Shown: in pieces, positions 1 through 9,848 of the stretch
Layout of the letters: every line of letters starts with the position of its first letter
Numbering within the stretch: the first letter of the stretch is position 1
NCBI GenBank assembly: GCA_023248955.1
Contig: JAHFDP010000011.1
Location: forward strand, 6,056 to 70,055
Reading direction: 5' to 3'
DNA from: Deltaproteobacteria bacterium
GTDB lineage: Bacteria > Myxococcota > Myxococcia > Myxococcales > JAHFDP01
DNA length: 64,000 nucleotides
Translations under genes and position numbers: made by a program
The notes under the pieces: model-generated
Seen by the model: only the letters and a program-made list of their open reading frames with translations
What the model was told of the DNA's origin: nothing
Database searches by the model: none

Positions 1-1147
1 CAGGAGACGAAACCTTGTCGTTCATCAACGTGTCGCGGAGGAAGCCGCCCACGTTGAGGTGGTCGATGAACAGAATCTTGAACTGCTTGACGCCACGCGC
101 GCGGAGCTGGTCGATCCGCTCCTGCGTGATCTCGTCATTGCACTCCATCAGCACTTCGCCGGTGGCCTCATCAACCACGTCGACGGCGCAGACTTTGGTC
201 GCCAGCTCTTCGATATCAATCGGGAGCGTGAGGATCTTCGCCTGCTCTAGTTTCTTGAGTGCACCGCGGGTAAATTTGCGGTTCTTCTTGACGATCACTT
301 CACCCGTTTTCGGATTCTTGATGTCGCGGGTGGCGCGCTGGCCGGGGAGCAGGTCGAGTTCCACGCTCTTCTCGAACTGGTCCTTGCCCTCGACAAAGAT
401 CGTTTCGGTGGCATAGAAGTAGTTGAGAATTTCTTCGGGCGTGCCCTTGAAATCCATCGGGTTCTTCTTGGCCGAATCGGTGATGGCACCGAGCGCGCGC
501 AAGAGCACCGTGGCCGGCAGCTTTCGGCGGCGATCGATGCGGCAGTAGAGAATGTCCTTGTGGTCGAACTCGAAATCGAGCCACGAACCACGGTACGGAA
601 TGATGCGCGCGTTGTAGAGAAGCTTGCCCGACGAGTGGCTCTTGCCCTTGTCGTGATCGAAGAACGCGCCGGGCGAGCGGTGCAGCTGGCTGACCACCAC
701 GCGCTCGGTGCCGTTGATGATGAACGTGCCGTTTTCCGTCATCAGCGGAATTTCGCCGAAGTAGACTTCCTGCTCTTTCACGTCGCGAATCGATGTGGCG
801 CCGGTCTGCTCGTCCTTGTCCCAAACGACCAGGCGCACGACCACCTTCATCGGCGCCGAGTAGGTCATGCCACGCTGGTGGCACTCGTCGACATCGTACT
901 TGGGCTTCTCGAGGTGGTAGCTGACGAACTCGAGGCTGCTCGTCTCGTTGAAATCTTTGATCGGGAAGACGCTCTTGAACACGCCCTGGAGGCCGATGTC
1001 CTCACGGCGATCGGGGGCGAGGTCCGCTTGAAGGAAGCGGAGGTACGAGCGCTTTTGAATATCGATTAGATTGGGGATCTCGATTACTTTTTGAATCTTC
1101 GCGAAGTTCTTGCGGATGCGGAAGTTGTTCTGAATCGTGATCGCCAT
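1..1147 (-). CDS. rpoB: DNA-directed RNA polymerase beta subunit, 5-prime part (runs off window start)
   Basis: Minus-strand ATG at 1145-1147. Translation [42 protein letters not shown] is the conserved RpoB N-terminus. It lies downstream of rplL as in the canonical rplKAJL-rpoBC order. There is no stop before position 1, which is why it is absent from the ORF track. Confidence 0.9.
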   Translation of the reverse strand, partial: MAITIQNNFRIRKNFAKIQKVIEIPNLIDIQKRSYLRFLQADLAPDRREDIGLQGVFKSVFPIKDFNETSSLEFVSYHLEKPKYDVDECHQRGMTYSAPMKVVVRLVVWDKDEQTGATSIRDVKEQEVYFGEIPLMTENGTFIINGTERVVVSQLHRSPGAFFDHDKGKSHSSGKLLYNARIIPYRGSWLDFEFDHKDILYCRIDRRRKLPATVLLRALGAITDSAKKNPMDFKGTPEEILNYFYATETIFVEGKDQFEKSVELDLLPGQRATRDIKNPKTGEVIVKKNRKFTRGALKKLEQAKILTLPIDIEELATKVCAVDVVDEATGEVLMECNDEITQERIDQLRARGVKQFKILFIDHLNVGGFLRDTLMNDKVSSP

Positions 1148-1263
1148 GTCGGTGCCAAGCTCCCTTAAAAGGCGTATGCCCGAGATGCTCGCGGCGCCTC
1201 GGGCGAAGACAACTTCAAATGTTTTTTGTGACGTTCTAACCCACTAACGCCACACGTCAAGCA

Positions 1264-1298
1264 CCGGCGAGACGAGCCCAAAAAGCCCGCCTCGCCGG
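1264..1298 (-). terminator. GC-rich hairpin in the rplL-rpoB spacer (attenuator-type)
   Basis: CCGGCGAG..GGGC-TTTTT-GGGCTCGTCTCGCCGG imperfect inverted repeat on the coding strand, just after the rplL stop. A partial terminator at this position is classical. Confidence 0.4.
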
Positions 1299-1305
1299 CA
1301 CCCAA

Positions 1306-1686
1306 TTACTTGATTTCGACGGTGGCGCCCGCGGCCTTGAGAACTTCCGCGATCTTGTTCGCCTCGTCCTTGGAAACGCCCTCTTTGACGGTCTTGGGCG
1401 CACCTTCCACCAGGTCCTTGGCCTCTTTTAAGCCCAGGCCCGTGATGGCGCGAACTTCCTTGATGACGTTGATCTTCTTCTCGCCACCGCTCGCGAGAAC
1501 GACGGTGAACTCCGTCTTCTCGGCCACCGGGGCAGCCGCAGCCGCTCCGGCCGCAGGCGCAGCAGCCATCGCCACAGGCGCGGCGGCCGAAACGCCCCAC
1601 TTCTCTTCGAGCATCTTCACGAGGCTGGCCGCCTCCATCAACGAGAGGCCGGACAGCGATTCAACAACCTGATTTAGATCTGCCAT
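1306..1686 (-). CDS. rplL: 50S ribosomal protein L7/L12
   Basis: [37 protein letters not shown]...[41 protein letters not shown]. Typical L7/L12 with an Ala-rich hinge. Confidence 0.97.
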   Translation of the reverse strand: MADLNQVVESLSGLSLMEAASLVKMLEEKWGVSAAAPVAMAAAPAAGAAAAAPVAEKTEFTVVLASGGEKKINVIKEVRAITGLGLKEAKDLVEGAPKTVKEGVSKDEANKIAEVLKAAGATVEIK

Positions 1687-1688
1687 TG

Positions 1689-1730
1689 TATTATCTCCAA
1701 AATATTATCTTTAAAGTATTATCTCTAAAG
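1689..1730 (-). repeat. Three tandem 14-nt AT-rich units immediately upstream of the rplL start
   Basis: Coding strand reads CTTTAGAGATAATA CTTTAAAGATAATA TTTTGGAGATAATA CA-ATG. The last unit carries the GGAG Shine-Dalgarno. Confidence 0.85.
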
Positions 1731-1769
1731 TAACCGATTCAAAATAAACTCAACCCAGGTGACAAAACA

Positions 1770-2326
1770 TCAAGCGGCCTTCGGCTGCTGCTCCTCGAGC
1801 TGTTTCGCTCGAGCGGCAATAACCTGCGCAAGCTGGCTGCCTGGCGCATTGACGAGACGAACAAGTTTGCTCGCGGGCGCGGCCAACATTCCGGCCAACA
1901 TTCCACGAAGCTCCAAAAGGCCCGGCATCTTCGAAAGCGCCTCGACGCCCTTCGCGTCAATCGCGTTCCGTCGACCACCGCTCCCTTCACCGTCAGTTTT
2001 CCATCGAGCTCCTTGATGTCCTTCAGGAGCTGCTGGAGCAACTTCGCCGGGGACACCGGATCGGCGTACCCCATAATGACGGCGTTGGAACCGGTCAGGT
2101 GGCTTACGATCTTCTCCGCCTGGGTGCCCTTCGCAGCTAGTGTCGCCAACGTGTTCTTGACGACGCAGTAGTCGACCTTGCCACCACGCAATTGCTTGCG
2201 CAGAGCCACGGTCGTCTCCGCATCGATGCCCTTGTAACCGGCCACGATGCAAACTGCCGCCTTGCTCATCTTCTCGTGGAGCCCGCTAACGAGCTCCGCT
2301 TTCTCCGTGCGCTGCATTCGATCCAC
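1770..2326 (-). CDS. rplJ: 50S ribosomal protein L10, reading frame broken by an apparent 1-nt deletion near 1962-1972
   Basis: The N-terminal 118 aa (MDRMQRTEKAELVSGLHEKMSKAAVCIVAGYKGIDAETTVALRKQLR...TVKGAVVDG) are in the frame of ORF 1739..2326. The expected C-terminus (AIDAKGVEALSKMPGLLELRGMLAGMLAAPASKLVRLVNAPGSQLAQVIAARAKQLEEQQPKAA) is in the frame of ORF 1770..2252. The span is 557 nt (3n+2). Confidence 0.9.
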
Positions 2327-2484
2327 CTCCCTTCGAGCGCTGATTGGGACTTAGACCGAGCACAACGCTCGGAGAAAGCCCCCCTGGTACGACTGCAGGG
2401 GGACGAGTGTCACCCTGTCTCGGCGAGCTAAAACTTTTTAAAGACCTTGCGGTCTGCTCACTGTCTCCGACCAGGTAAATTTTC

Positions 2485-2531
2485 CGTCATGGCCGCCCCC
2501 GGGCTTGACCCGGGGGTTGACCCGTCATTCC
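2485..2531. repeat. Degenerate copy of REP family 1 (GTCATGGCCG..CCCGGGCTTGACCCGGG..) in the rplA-rplJ spacer
   Basis: CCGTCATGGCCGCCCCCGGGCTTGACCCGGGGGTTGACCCGTCATTCC shares the GTCATGGCC and GGGCTTGACCCGG blocks with the copies at 34.9, 50.1 and 60.5 kb. Confidence 0.6.
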
Positions 2532-3239
2532 TTATTCGTGTGCTGCCGTAATTGCCGATGTGTCGAGCTTGATTCCCGGCCCCATCGTCGTCGAGAGCGT
2601 GATGCCCTTGAGGTAGACACCCTTCGCCGTGGCGGGCTTGGCCTTCATGATGTTTTCCATGAGCGCCGTGAAGTTCTCTTCGAGCTTCTTGGCCTCGAAC
2701 GAAGCCTTGCCCACCGGCGCGTGAACGATGCCGGCCTTTTCGACGCGGAACTCGATCTTGCCGGCCTTAGCCTCGCGTACTGCGCGACCCACGTCGTTGG
2801 TGACCGTTCCCACCTTCGGGTTCGGCATCAATCCGCGCGGACCGAGCACCTTACCGAGCCGACCGACCAGGCCCATGAGATCCGGCGTGGCGATGCAAAC
2901 GTCGAAGTCCGTGAAGCCTTCGTTCACCTTGGCCATTAGGTCCTCGGCGCCGACGATGTCCGCTCCCGCGGCTTCGGCTTCCTTGGCCTTCTCGCCCTTA
3001 GCGAACACAGCGACTTTTTTCGCCTGCCCACCGAGGCCGTGCGGCAATACCACCGCGCCACGAACCATCTGATCGGCGTGCTTGGGGTCCACGCCCAGGT
3101 TGATCGCCACGTCGACGGTCTCGTCGAACTTCTTCTTGGCGGTCTGCTTGACCAGGCCGAACGCCTCGCCAATGGGATAGCGCTTGGTCCGATCGACCAG
3201 CTTCAATCCCGCTTCGTACTTCTTTCCGAGTTTACCCAT
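2532..3239 (-). CDS. rplA: 50S ribosomal protein L1
   Basis: [70 protein letters not shown]... Typical L1. Confidence 0.97.
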   Translation of the reverse strand: MGKLGKKYEAGLKLVDRTKRYPIGEAFGLVKQTAKKKFDETVDVAINLGVDPKHADQMVRGAVVLPHGLGGQAKKVAVFAKGEKAKEAEAAGADIVGAEDLMAKVNEGFTDFDVCIATPDLMGLVGRLGKVLGPRGLMPNPKVGTVTNDVGRAVREAKAGKIEFRVEKAGIVHAPVGKASFEAKKLEENFTALMENIMKAKPATAKGVYLKGITLSTTMGPGIKLDTSAITAAHE

Positions 3240-3242
3240 GGC

Positions 3243-3689
3243 TTAGCCCACCACATCGATGCCCATCGATCGGGCGGTGCCCTCGATGGTGCGAACGGCC
3301 GCGTCCAGCGTGGCCGCAGTCATGTCGGACATCTTCAACTTGGCGATCTCGGTGACTTTGGCGCGCGTGATCGTCCCGACCTTCTCCTTGCCAGGCTTGT
3401 GCGCGCCGGATCCCTTCTTCTTCTCCGTGTGCAGACCGGCGGCCTTCTTGATCAGAATGGCGGCGGGCGGCGTCTTGACGATGAAGGTAAAGCTGCGGTC
3501 CGAGTAAATCGTAATCAACACCGGAACGATCAGCGACTCTTTGGCCTGCGCCTGGGTCTGCGCGTTGAACTGCTTGCAGAACTCCATGATGTTGACGCCG
3601 TGCTGACCGAGCGCCGGACCAATTGGCGGAGACGGGTTCGCTTTGCCAGCTGCGATCTGCAGCTTGACCTGTCCTGTTATCTTTTTCAT
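3243..3689 (-). CDS. rplK: 50S ribosomal protein L11
   Basis: [46 protein letters not shown]... Typical L11. Confidence 0.97.
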   Translation of the reverse strand: MKKITGQVKLQIAAGKANPSPPIGPALGQHGVNIMEFCKQFNAQTQAQAKESLIVPVLITIYSDRSFTFIVKTPPAAILIKKAAGLHTEKKKGSGAHKPGKEKVGTITRAKVTEIAKLKMSDMTAATLDAAVRTIEGTARSMGIDVVG

Positions 3690-3769
3690 TTTTTCCTCTC
3701 GCGGTCGGGTGGTTCAAGCGGGCTTTAAAGGCCCTCCCACACGTGCTGTTAGATCACGACAAAAAAGAC

Positions 3770-4318
3770 TTATGATTTTTCTACCTGCATAAAATCAAGC
3801 TCCACCGGCGTGGCTCGGCCGAAAATGCTCACTAGTACACGGAGCTTGCCCTTTTCGGATTCCACTTCGTCCACGGTGCCGTTGAAATTTGAAAAGGGCC
3901 CGTCGACCACGCGCACGGAATCCCCCTGCTCGAAGCTAACTTTCGGCTTCGGCTTGAGCGTACCTTCGGAGATTTGCGAGGTAAGCCGCGCCACCTCGGC
4001 CTGCGTGATAGACGGAATCTTCTCCGCCTCGCCGGTGAAGGTTGCGCCGCCAACAAAGCCGGTCACCTTGGGCGTGTTTTTGACCAAGCTCCAGGTGCGG
4101 TTGTTCATCTCCATTTCGACGATGACGTAGCCCGGGAAGAGCTTGCGCTTGCTGGTGCGCTTCTCGCCCTTCACCATCTCCACCACGTTTTCCATCGGAA
4201 GCAGAATCTGTCCAAACGAGTCGCCGAGGCCCTCTTTGGCAACGCGCTCCTCGAGCGACTTCTTGGCCTTGTTCTCAAAACCCGAGTAGGTGTGCACGAC
4301 GTACCACTTCTTCGCCAT
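3770..4318 (-). CDS. nusG: Transcription termination/antitermination factor NusG
   Basis: Internal ATG at 4318 of ORF 3770..4810 gives [26 protein letters not shown]...[57 protein letters not shown] (NGN plus KOW). Upstream ORF text is shadow sequence over secE. Confidence 0.95.
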   Translation of the reverse strand: MAKKWYVVHTYSGFENKAKKSLEERVAKEGLGDSFGQILLPMENVVEMVKGEKRTSKRKLFPGYVIVEMEMNNRTWSLVKNTPKVTGFVGGATFTGEAEKIPSITQAEVARLTSQISEGTLKPKPKVSFEQGDSVRVVDGPFSNFNGTVDEVESEKGKLRVLVSIFGRATPVELDFMQVEKS

Positions 4319-4347
4319 GGTTCTCTCCGAGACGGCTGATGCGCCCA

Positions 4348-4734
4348 TCACAGGCCCGGCGTGTAAATGCGATTGGAAAAGGCCTGCCACATGGCATCGA
4401 ATAGGCCGAGGATGATGCCCGCGACGGACGTGGCGATGATAACGGCAATGGTCGACGCCCGCGTTTCCGGAAACGTCGGCCAGGTCACGCGGCGGAGCTC
4501 GGCAGCGATCTCCAACGACTGCTCGTAAAATTTCGGCGTGCGCCACGCGACGATTACCGCGGCGATGCCAATGACCGCTCCGATCGCATCCGACCAGAGC
4601 CAATCCTGTTGTCCAAGAATGGGCTGGTTCAACGCGGAAATGCCAAACGAGCCCACCAAGTGGCCGACGAATAGCGCGATCACCAAGCCGAACGCGGCGT
4701 AGGTGATTCCGACTAGGCGTTGATTCGTCATCAC
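4348..4734 (-). CDS. secE: Preprotein translocase subunit SecE (three-TM form)
   Basis: 128 aa, hydrophobic, contains [22 protein letters not shown], the conserved SecE motif. Sits between tRNA-Trp and nusG. Confidence 0.9.
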   Translation of the reverse strand: MMTNQRLVGITYAAFGLVIALFVGHLVGSFGISALNQPILGQQDWLWSDAIGAVIGIAAVIVAWRTPKFYEQSLEIAAELRRVTWPTFPETRASTIAVIIATSVAGIILGLFDAMWQAFSNRIYTPGL

Positions 4735-4777
4735 AAGTCTCCAGAGGGGAAAAGAGCGTCACGAGCGCTAGCGAAAG

Positions 4778-4854
4778 TGGCAGGGCAGGAGGGACTCGAA
4801 CCCCCAACAAGCGGTTTTGGAGACCGCCGCTCTACCAATTGGAGCTACTGCCCT
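4778..4854 (-). tRNA. trnW: tRNA-Trp (anticodon CCA), CCA end encoded
   Basis: Reverse complement AGGGCAGTAGCTCCAATTGGTAGAGCGGCGGTCTCCAAAACCGCTTGTTGGGGGTTCGAGTCCCTCCTGCCCTGCCA folds as a cloverleaf with a CT-CCA-AA anticodon loop. Canonical position between rpmG and secE. Confidence 0.95.
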
Positions 4855-4993
4855 ATGCTACGGCGAACGATCCTGGCCCATCTGCGTCGTTGGACCTTGC
4901 GGTCCGGTCCTCAGCGTACCTGATGTACGCCTCCGGTCCGGTCCTCGGCCCGCTTAGCAGCTGAGCCACGCTCGCTCGCCTCGCGATCATTTT

Positions 4994-5143
4994 TTATTTA
5001 CCTTCTTTGTGGCTCGTGTGCTTGCGGCACTTACGGCAGTATTTCGACAGTTCGAGTTTGTCGGTCATGGTGCGCTTGTTCTTCGTGGTGCCGTAGTTGC
5101 GCATCTTGCAGACCGAGCATTCGAGCGAAATGATTGTTCTCAT
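4994..5143 (-). CDS. rpmG: 50S ribosomal protein L33
   Basis: Not in the ORF track (49 aa). Minus strand reads [49 protein letters not shown]-stop. Zn-ribbon form of L33 in the canonical tuf-rpmG position. Confidence 0.93.
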   Translation of the reverse strand: MRTIISLECSVCKMRNYGTTKNKRTMTDKLELSKYCRKCRKHTSHKEGK

Positions 5144-5164
5144 AAAAACCTCGTTTCAACAATT

Positions 5165-5228
5165 CACCACGGAAAAAACGGAAACACGGAAAATGATTTT
5201 ACTTCCGTGCTTCCGTGTTTCCGTGGTG
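5165..5228. terminator. Long imperfect hairpin between tuf and rpmG
   Basis: CACCACGGAAAAAACGGAAACACGGAA ... TTCCGTGCTTCCGTGTTTCCGTGGTG. A T-run follows on the plus strand only, so it may act as an attenuator or processing site for the minus-strand operon, or as a terminator of antisense transcription. Confidence 0.4.
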
Positions 5229-5242
5229 CAATCTCTTTTTTG

Positions 5243-6448
<1,206 letters not shown>

Positions 6449-6514
6449 GTCTAATCTCCTGTGCGCTTGCAGTGAATGAAAAAGGCTCTTTACTAAACTT
6501 AGAAAAATTTTTGA

Positions 6515-6587
<73 letters not shown>

Positions 6588-6603
6588 GACGTCCTCGACA
6601 GCG

Positions 6604-6679
6604 TGGAGCGGGAGACGGGATTCGAACCCGCGACATTCAGCTTGGAAGGCTGAAGCTCTACCAGCTGAGCTACTCCCGC
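6604..6679 (-). tRNA. trnG: tRNA-Gly (anticodon UCC), CCA encoded
   Basis: Reverse complement GCGGGAGTAGCTCAGCTGGTAGAGCTTCAGCCTTCCAAGCTGAATGTCGCGGGTTCGAATCCCGTCTCCCGCTCCA. Anticodon loop CT-TCC-AA. Confidence 0.93.
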
Positions 6680-6690
6680 ATGGCCTTAAA

Positions 6691-6773
6691 TGGAGGGGGA
6701 AGGATTCGAACCTTCGAAGGCGTGAGCCGGCAGATTTACAGTCTGCTCCCTTTGGCCGCTTGGGTACCCCTCC
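6691..6773 (-). tRNA. trnY: tRNA-Tyr (anticodon GUA), long variable arm
   Basis: Reverse complement GGAGGGGTACCCAAGCGGCCAAAGGGAGCAGACTGTAAATCTGCCGGCTCACGCCTTCGAAGGTTCGAATCCTTCCCCCTCCA. Confidence 0.93.
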
Positions 6774-6834
6774 GGAGAATCCTCCGCGAGTTTGGTCACC
6801 TAAGGTCTTAAAATTCGTTAGCGCTCCTAGCTCA

Positions 6835-6907
6835 AGCTGGCGGTGGGACTCGAACCCGCGACCTGCTGATTACAAATCAGCTGCTCTACCAGCTGAGCTA
6901 CGCCAGC
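6835..6907 (-). tRNA. trnT: tRNA-Thr (anticodon UGU)
   Basis: Reverse complement GCTGGCGTAGCTCAGCTGGTAGAGCAGCTGATTTGTAATCAGCAGGTCGCGGGTTCGAGTCCCACCGCCAGCT. One C-A mismatch in the T stem. First gene of the Thr-Tyr-Gly-Thr-tuf array. Confidence 0.9.
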
Positions 6908-6929
6908 AGTTCCTCCCAAACCAGCAGAA

Positions 6930-6958
6930 TTATTAAAAAATTGTTTTGTCTACACCAA
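6930..6958 (-). promoter_or_regulatory. Candidate sigma70-type promoter of the tRNA-tuf operon
   Basis: On the minus strand, TTGGTG - 17 nt - TAATAA lies about 20 nt upstream of the tRNA-Thr(UGU) 5-prime end, in an AT-rich patch that stands out from the GC-rich surroundings. Motif match only. Confidence 0.3.
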
Positions 6959-7130
6959 CGGCGCAAAATCGGAACGGGAGAAAGTAGAGGAAACCATGCG
7001 GGATGTCAAGCGAAACTCGCGGCGAGTCCCTACTCCATTCACTCGGTCGCACGGCCCGCCGCTTCGCCTCGACCCTACGAGCGGGAAAGCCTAAGGTTAA
7101 CTATCGAGCAGTGTCTAGCAGTATATCCTT

Positions 7131-7862
7131 TTAGCTGCTTCGTTGCCGCGCCACTTCGTAAAACGCAATCGCCCCTGCCACGCTGGCGTTGAGCGATCCC
7201 ACGCGGCCGGCCATCGGAATGCGCGCGGCGCGATCGCAGGTTTTGCGCACCAGCGGCCGCACGCCTTTGCCTTCGCTGCCAATCACGATCGCGGAGGGCT
7301 CACGGAAATCGACCTGCGCCAACTCCGTTTCACCGTCGGCGGCCAGCGCACAGGTCCAGACGCCGGCTTCTTTCAGCTCGTCGATGGCGCGGGAGAGGTT
7401 CACCACGCGCGCCAAGGGGAGGTAGGAAACTGCACCGGCGCTGGCCTTTTCGGCGGAGGGAGTCACTTCGGCGGCGCGATCCTTTGGGATCACCATGCCG
7501 TGCGCGCCCAGAGCATGCGCGGAGCGGATCAGCGCGCCGAGGTTTTGTGGATCGACGATGGAGTCGAGCACCGCGATGAACGGCGGCTGGCCCGCGCGCT
7601 TGGCGGCGTCGAGCAGATCGGCAACCTCGACGTAAGCGATCGATTCGACCTCCGCGATCACGCCCTGGTGAACACCGCCCGTCGCGCGCCGCGTGAGCTC
7701 CTCGACACTGAGGCGAGACACCGCCACGTGCGCCTCTTTCGCGGCCAGCTCCACACGCGAGAGTGCTGGACTCTGCGCGCCGCTCGCCACCAGCACGCGG
7801 CCCACCCGCGAACCCGCGCGCAGCGCTTCCAGGACGGGATTGATCCCGTAAACGAGTCTCAC
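7131..7862 (-). CDS. rlmB: 23S rRNA 2-prime-O-methyltransferase, SpoU/TrmH family (RlmB-like)
   Basis: A GTG at 7862 (GTGA overlap with the upstream stop) gives VRLVYGINPVLEALRAG...LDSIVDPQNLGALIRSAHALGAHGMVIP...IVIGSEGKGVRPLVRKTCDRAARIPMAGRVGSLNASVAGAIAFYE. These are SpoU motifs. The upstream part of ORF 7131..8378 is shadow over the next gene. Confidence 0.85.
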   Translation of the reverse strand: MRLVYGINPVLEALRAGSRVGRVLVASGAQSPALSRVELAAKEAHVAVSRLSVEELTRRATGGVHQGVIAEVESIAYVEVADLLDAAKRAGQPPFIAVLDSIVDPQNLGALIRSAHALGAHGMVIPKDRAAEVTPSAEKASAGAVSYLPLARVVNLSRAIDELKEAGVWTCALAADGETELAQVDFREPSAIVIGSEGKGVRPLVRKTCDRAARIPMAGRVGSLNASVAGAIAFYEVARQRSS

Positions 7863-8278
7863 TTGACCAGCACGGCGGCGGTGATCTTTTTCTGCTGCCG
7901 CGCGCACCACTGCTCGGTGCAAACGAAGAAGTCGACGTCGCCGGAAATCTCTTGTGCGCCCGCGGTGACGGCTTCGAAAGCGATGGCCAACTCGGCTCCC
8001 TTGTCGGCGGTGGCCTTGGCGTCGGCGTGCACGAATTTCGCTTTCACCAGATGCAAACCCGCGCTGGCTTTCATTTTGGCCGAAAGCGGCGCGTGTTCGT
8101 CGACGTGCGCGGCGGCACCCGCCTTCGGGCGAATCTCGATTCGCAGCGCGGCCTTTTCGCCGCTCTTCACGGAGGCCGGTGGCGTGACCAGGAGATCGTA
8201 CGTTTTTTCGGCGTCCGCTTCGGGTGCGGCGAAGGACGACGAGGCGAGGAGCAGGATAACCAGCGGGTAGGCGCGCAT
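7859..8278 (-). CDS. Secreted protein, DsbD/DsbC N-terminal-like (thiol-disulfide family)
   Basis: Signal peptide MRAYPLVILLLASSSFAAPEA. C-terminal FFVCTEQWCARQ Cys pair resembles DsbD alpha-type domains. A TlpA-like thioredoxin lies nearby. Confidence 0.55.
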   Translation of the reverse strand: MRAYPLVILLLASSSFAAPEADAEKTYDLLVTPPASVKSGEKAALRIEIRPKAGAAAHVDEHAPLSAKMKASAGLHLVKAKFVHADAKATADKGAELAIAFEAVTAGAQEISGDVDFFVCTEQWCARQQKKITAAVLVK

Positions 8279-8343
8279 CCGTCGGTTTTACGCGCGATCG
8301 GCGCGGTGTCAATCGACCTCGGAAATTGGCCTCGACCTCTCCC

Positions 8344-9246
8344 TTACCCGTGCCGCCGCAACCGCGCTTTTCGCGCACCCAACTCGGCGGCCCGCGCCAT
8401 GATCAGCGTCGCCAAATCGCGATTCGTGGCCTGCTCGAGATCTTGCAATCCAGGGCTGGGGCTCACTTCGAAGACGCACGGGCCGGCCTTGGTCTCCAGC
8501 ATGTCCACCGCGGCTATCTCGAGTCCAACGACCGCGGCGGCGCGTTCGGCGAGGCGTGCATAGGCCGGCGGGCATGTAATCATTCCGACGTGGGCGCCGC
8601 GGGAAAGTGTCGTCGAGAGCCGCCCGGCCCGCGCGCGACGACGCACCGCTGCGACCACGCGCCCCCCGACCACCAGCGTCCGCACATCGCGCCACCGTTC
8701 CGCCGGCGTATACCGCTGCACGATCAGGTCGCGGCCGGTCGACAAGACTGCCTCCAGCGCGGCCTCTAGCGACTGCTCGCTCTCACACAAAATAATGCCC
8801 GCGCGATCGCTTGGCTGCACGAGCTTCACCAGCACGGGCGGCCCTCCGACATCGGCGACCATCCGACGAAGCGACTTCGCATCGCGCGCCATGACCGTCG
8901 GCGGAACGGGCACGCCCGCAGAGGCCAGCAGCTGCAAGCAGCGCATCTTATCGCGGCTCACGGCGATGGCGGCCGCTTCGTTCAGACTCGGAATGCCCGC
9001 TAGCTGGAGCTGATTGAGCACCGCCAACCCGAACGGCTGCACGCTGGCGGCAACGCGAGGAATCACCACGTCGGTGCGGGCCAGCATCCGCCCACGCTCG
9101 GCCGCCTGCGAGGCACCATCGGAGAGCTTCAGCTCGCAATGCGCCGGATCCACCACCCGCACGCGATGGCCCGCCGACCGCGCGGCTTCGACCAAGCGCT
9201 TGGTCGAATAGATGGAGGTGCCGCGAGAAAGAATCGTGAAGTGCAC
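8344..9246 (-). CDS. rimK: RimK-family alpha-L-glutamate ligase (ATP-grasp)
   Basis: A GTG at 9246 gives VHFTILSRGTSIYSTKRLVEAARSAGHRVRVVDP...SRDKMRCLQLLASAGVPVPPTV...GGPPVLVKLV...VVGLEIAAVDMLETKAGPCVFEVSPSPGLQDLE. Collinear with RimK. Confidence 0.85.
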   Translation of the reverse strand: MHFTILSRGTSIYSTKRLVEAARSAGHRVRVVDPAHCELKLSDGASQAAERGRMLARTDVVIPRVAASVQPFGLAVLNQLQLAGIPSLNEAAAIAVSRDKMRCLQLLASAGVPVPPTVMARDAKSLRRMVADVGGPPVLVKLVQPSDRAGIILCESEQSLEAALEAVLSTGRDLIVQRYTPAERWRDVRTLVVGGRVVAAVRRRARAGRLSTTLSRGAHVGMITCPPAYARLAERAAAVVGLEIAAVDMLETKAGPCVFEVSPSPGLQDLEQATNRDLATLIMARAAELGARKARLRRHG

Positions 9247-9308
9247 GGTGGCTGGACCATGCCCATCGACGGCGCCATGGTCAAGGTGCGCGCGGTTATA
9301 GTGGTTCG

Positions 9309-9803
9309 GTGCTCTCGTCCCTCGCTCTGGCTGCGGCGCTGACGGTCCGAATTCTTCCGGCCAACGCTGCCGCATCGATTGTTCGGGAGGCCGGCGCCAA
9401 TCGCGCGGTGGTCGTGCATTACTGGGCGCTCTGGTGCCCGGCCTGCGTGGAGGAGTGGCCCAAGCTCGCGCCGGAGCTCAAGCGATTTGCGGCAGCGGGC
9501 GCGCGGGTGGCCACCGTTTCGCTCGATCCCAAAGCGCGGGCGGCCAAGGACATTCCCGCAGCGCTCCAGCGTTTCGGCGCGGATCGGTTTCCTGCGTTTC
9601 TCCTCGATGCACCCGAGCCCGATCCGGTCGTTGAGGCCATCGACAAGACCTGGGATGGATCGCTTCCGGCGACCTTCGTCTACGACGCAGAGGGCAAGCG
9701 TCTGGCGTCGTTTTTTGGCGCGGCGGATCGGGGTGCATTGCGCGGCGCGGTTGCGCAGGCGATGCGACGCGGGCGTTTGACCCCACCCTCGGCTCCCCAC
9801 TAA
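9309..9803 (+). CDS. TlpA/ResA-like periplasmic thioredoxin
   Basis: Signal-like N-terminus followed by VVVHYWALWCPACVEEWPKL (WCPAC active site). Confidence 0.85.
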   Translation: MLSSLALAAALTVRILPANAAASIVREAGANRAVVVHYWALWCPACVEEWPKLAPELKRFAAAGARVATVSLDPKARAAKDIPAALQRFGADRFPAFLLDAPEPDPVVEAIDKTWDGSLPATFVYDAEGKRLASFFGAADRGALRGAVAQAMRRGRLTPPSAPH

Positions 9804-9848
9804 GCTAGGATGTCATTTTTTCGACGTTTGACATTTTTCGGAGGGGAC

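Noticed and set aside
2327-2531. L10 (rplJ) autoregulatory leader structure
   Set aside because: It is expected at this position, but I could not verify the characteristic fold by eye. The region is partly occupied by a REP-like insertion.
4855-4993. Direct 13-nt repeat GAGGACCGGACCG (twice, minus strand) and small hairpins in the rpmG-tRNA-Trp spacer
   Set aside because: It probably reflects ordinary spacer or processing structure. It is too short to argue for function without comparative data.
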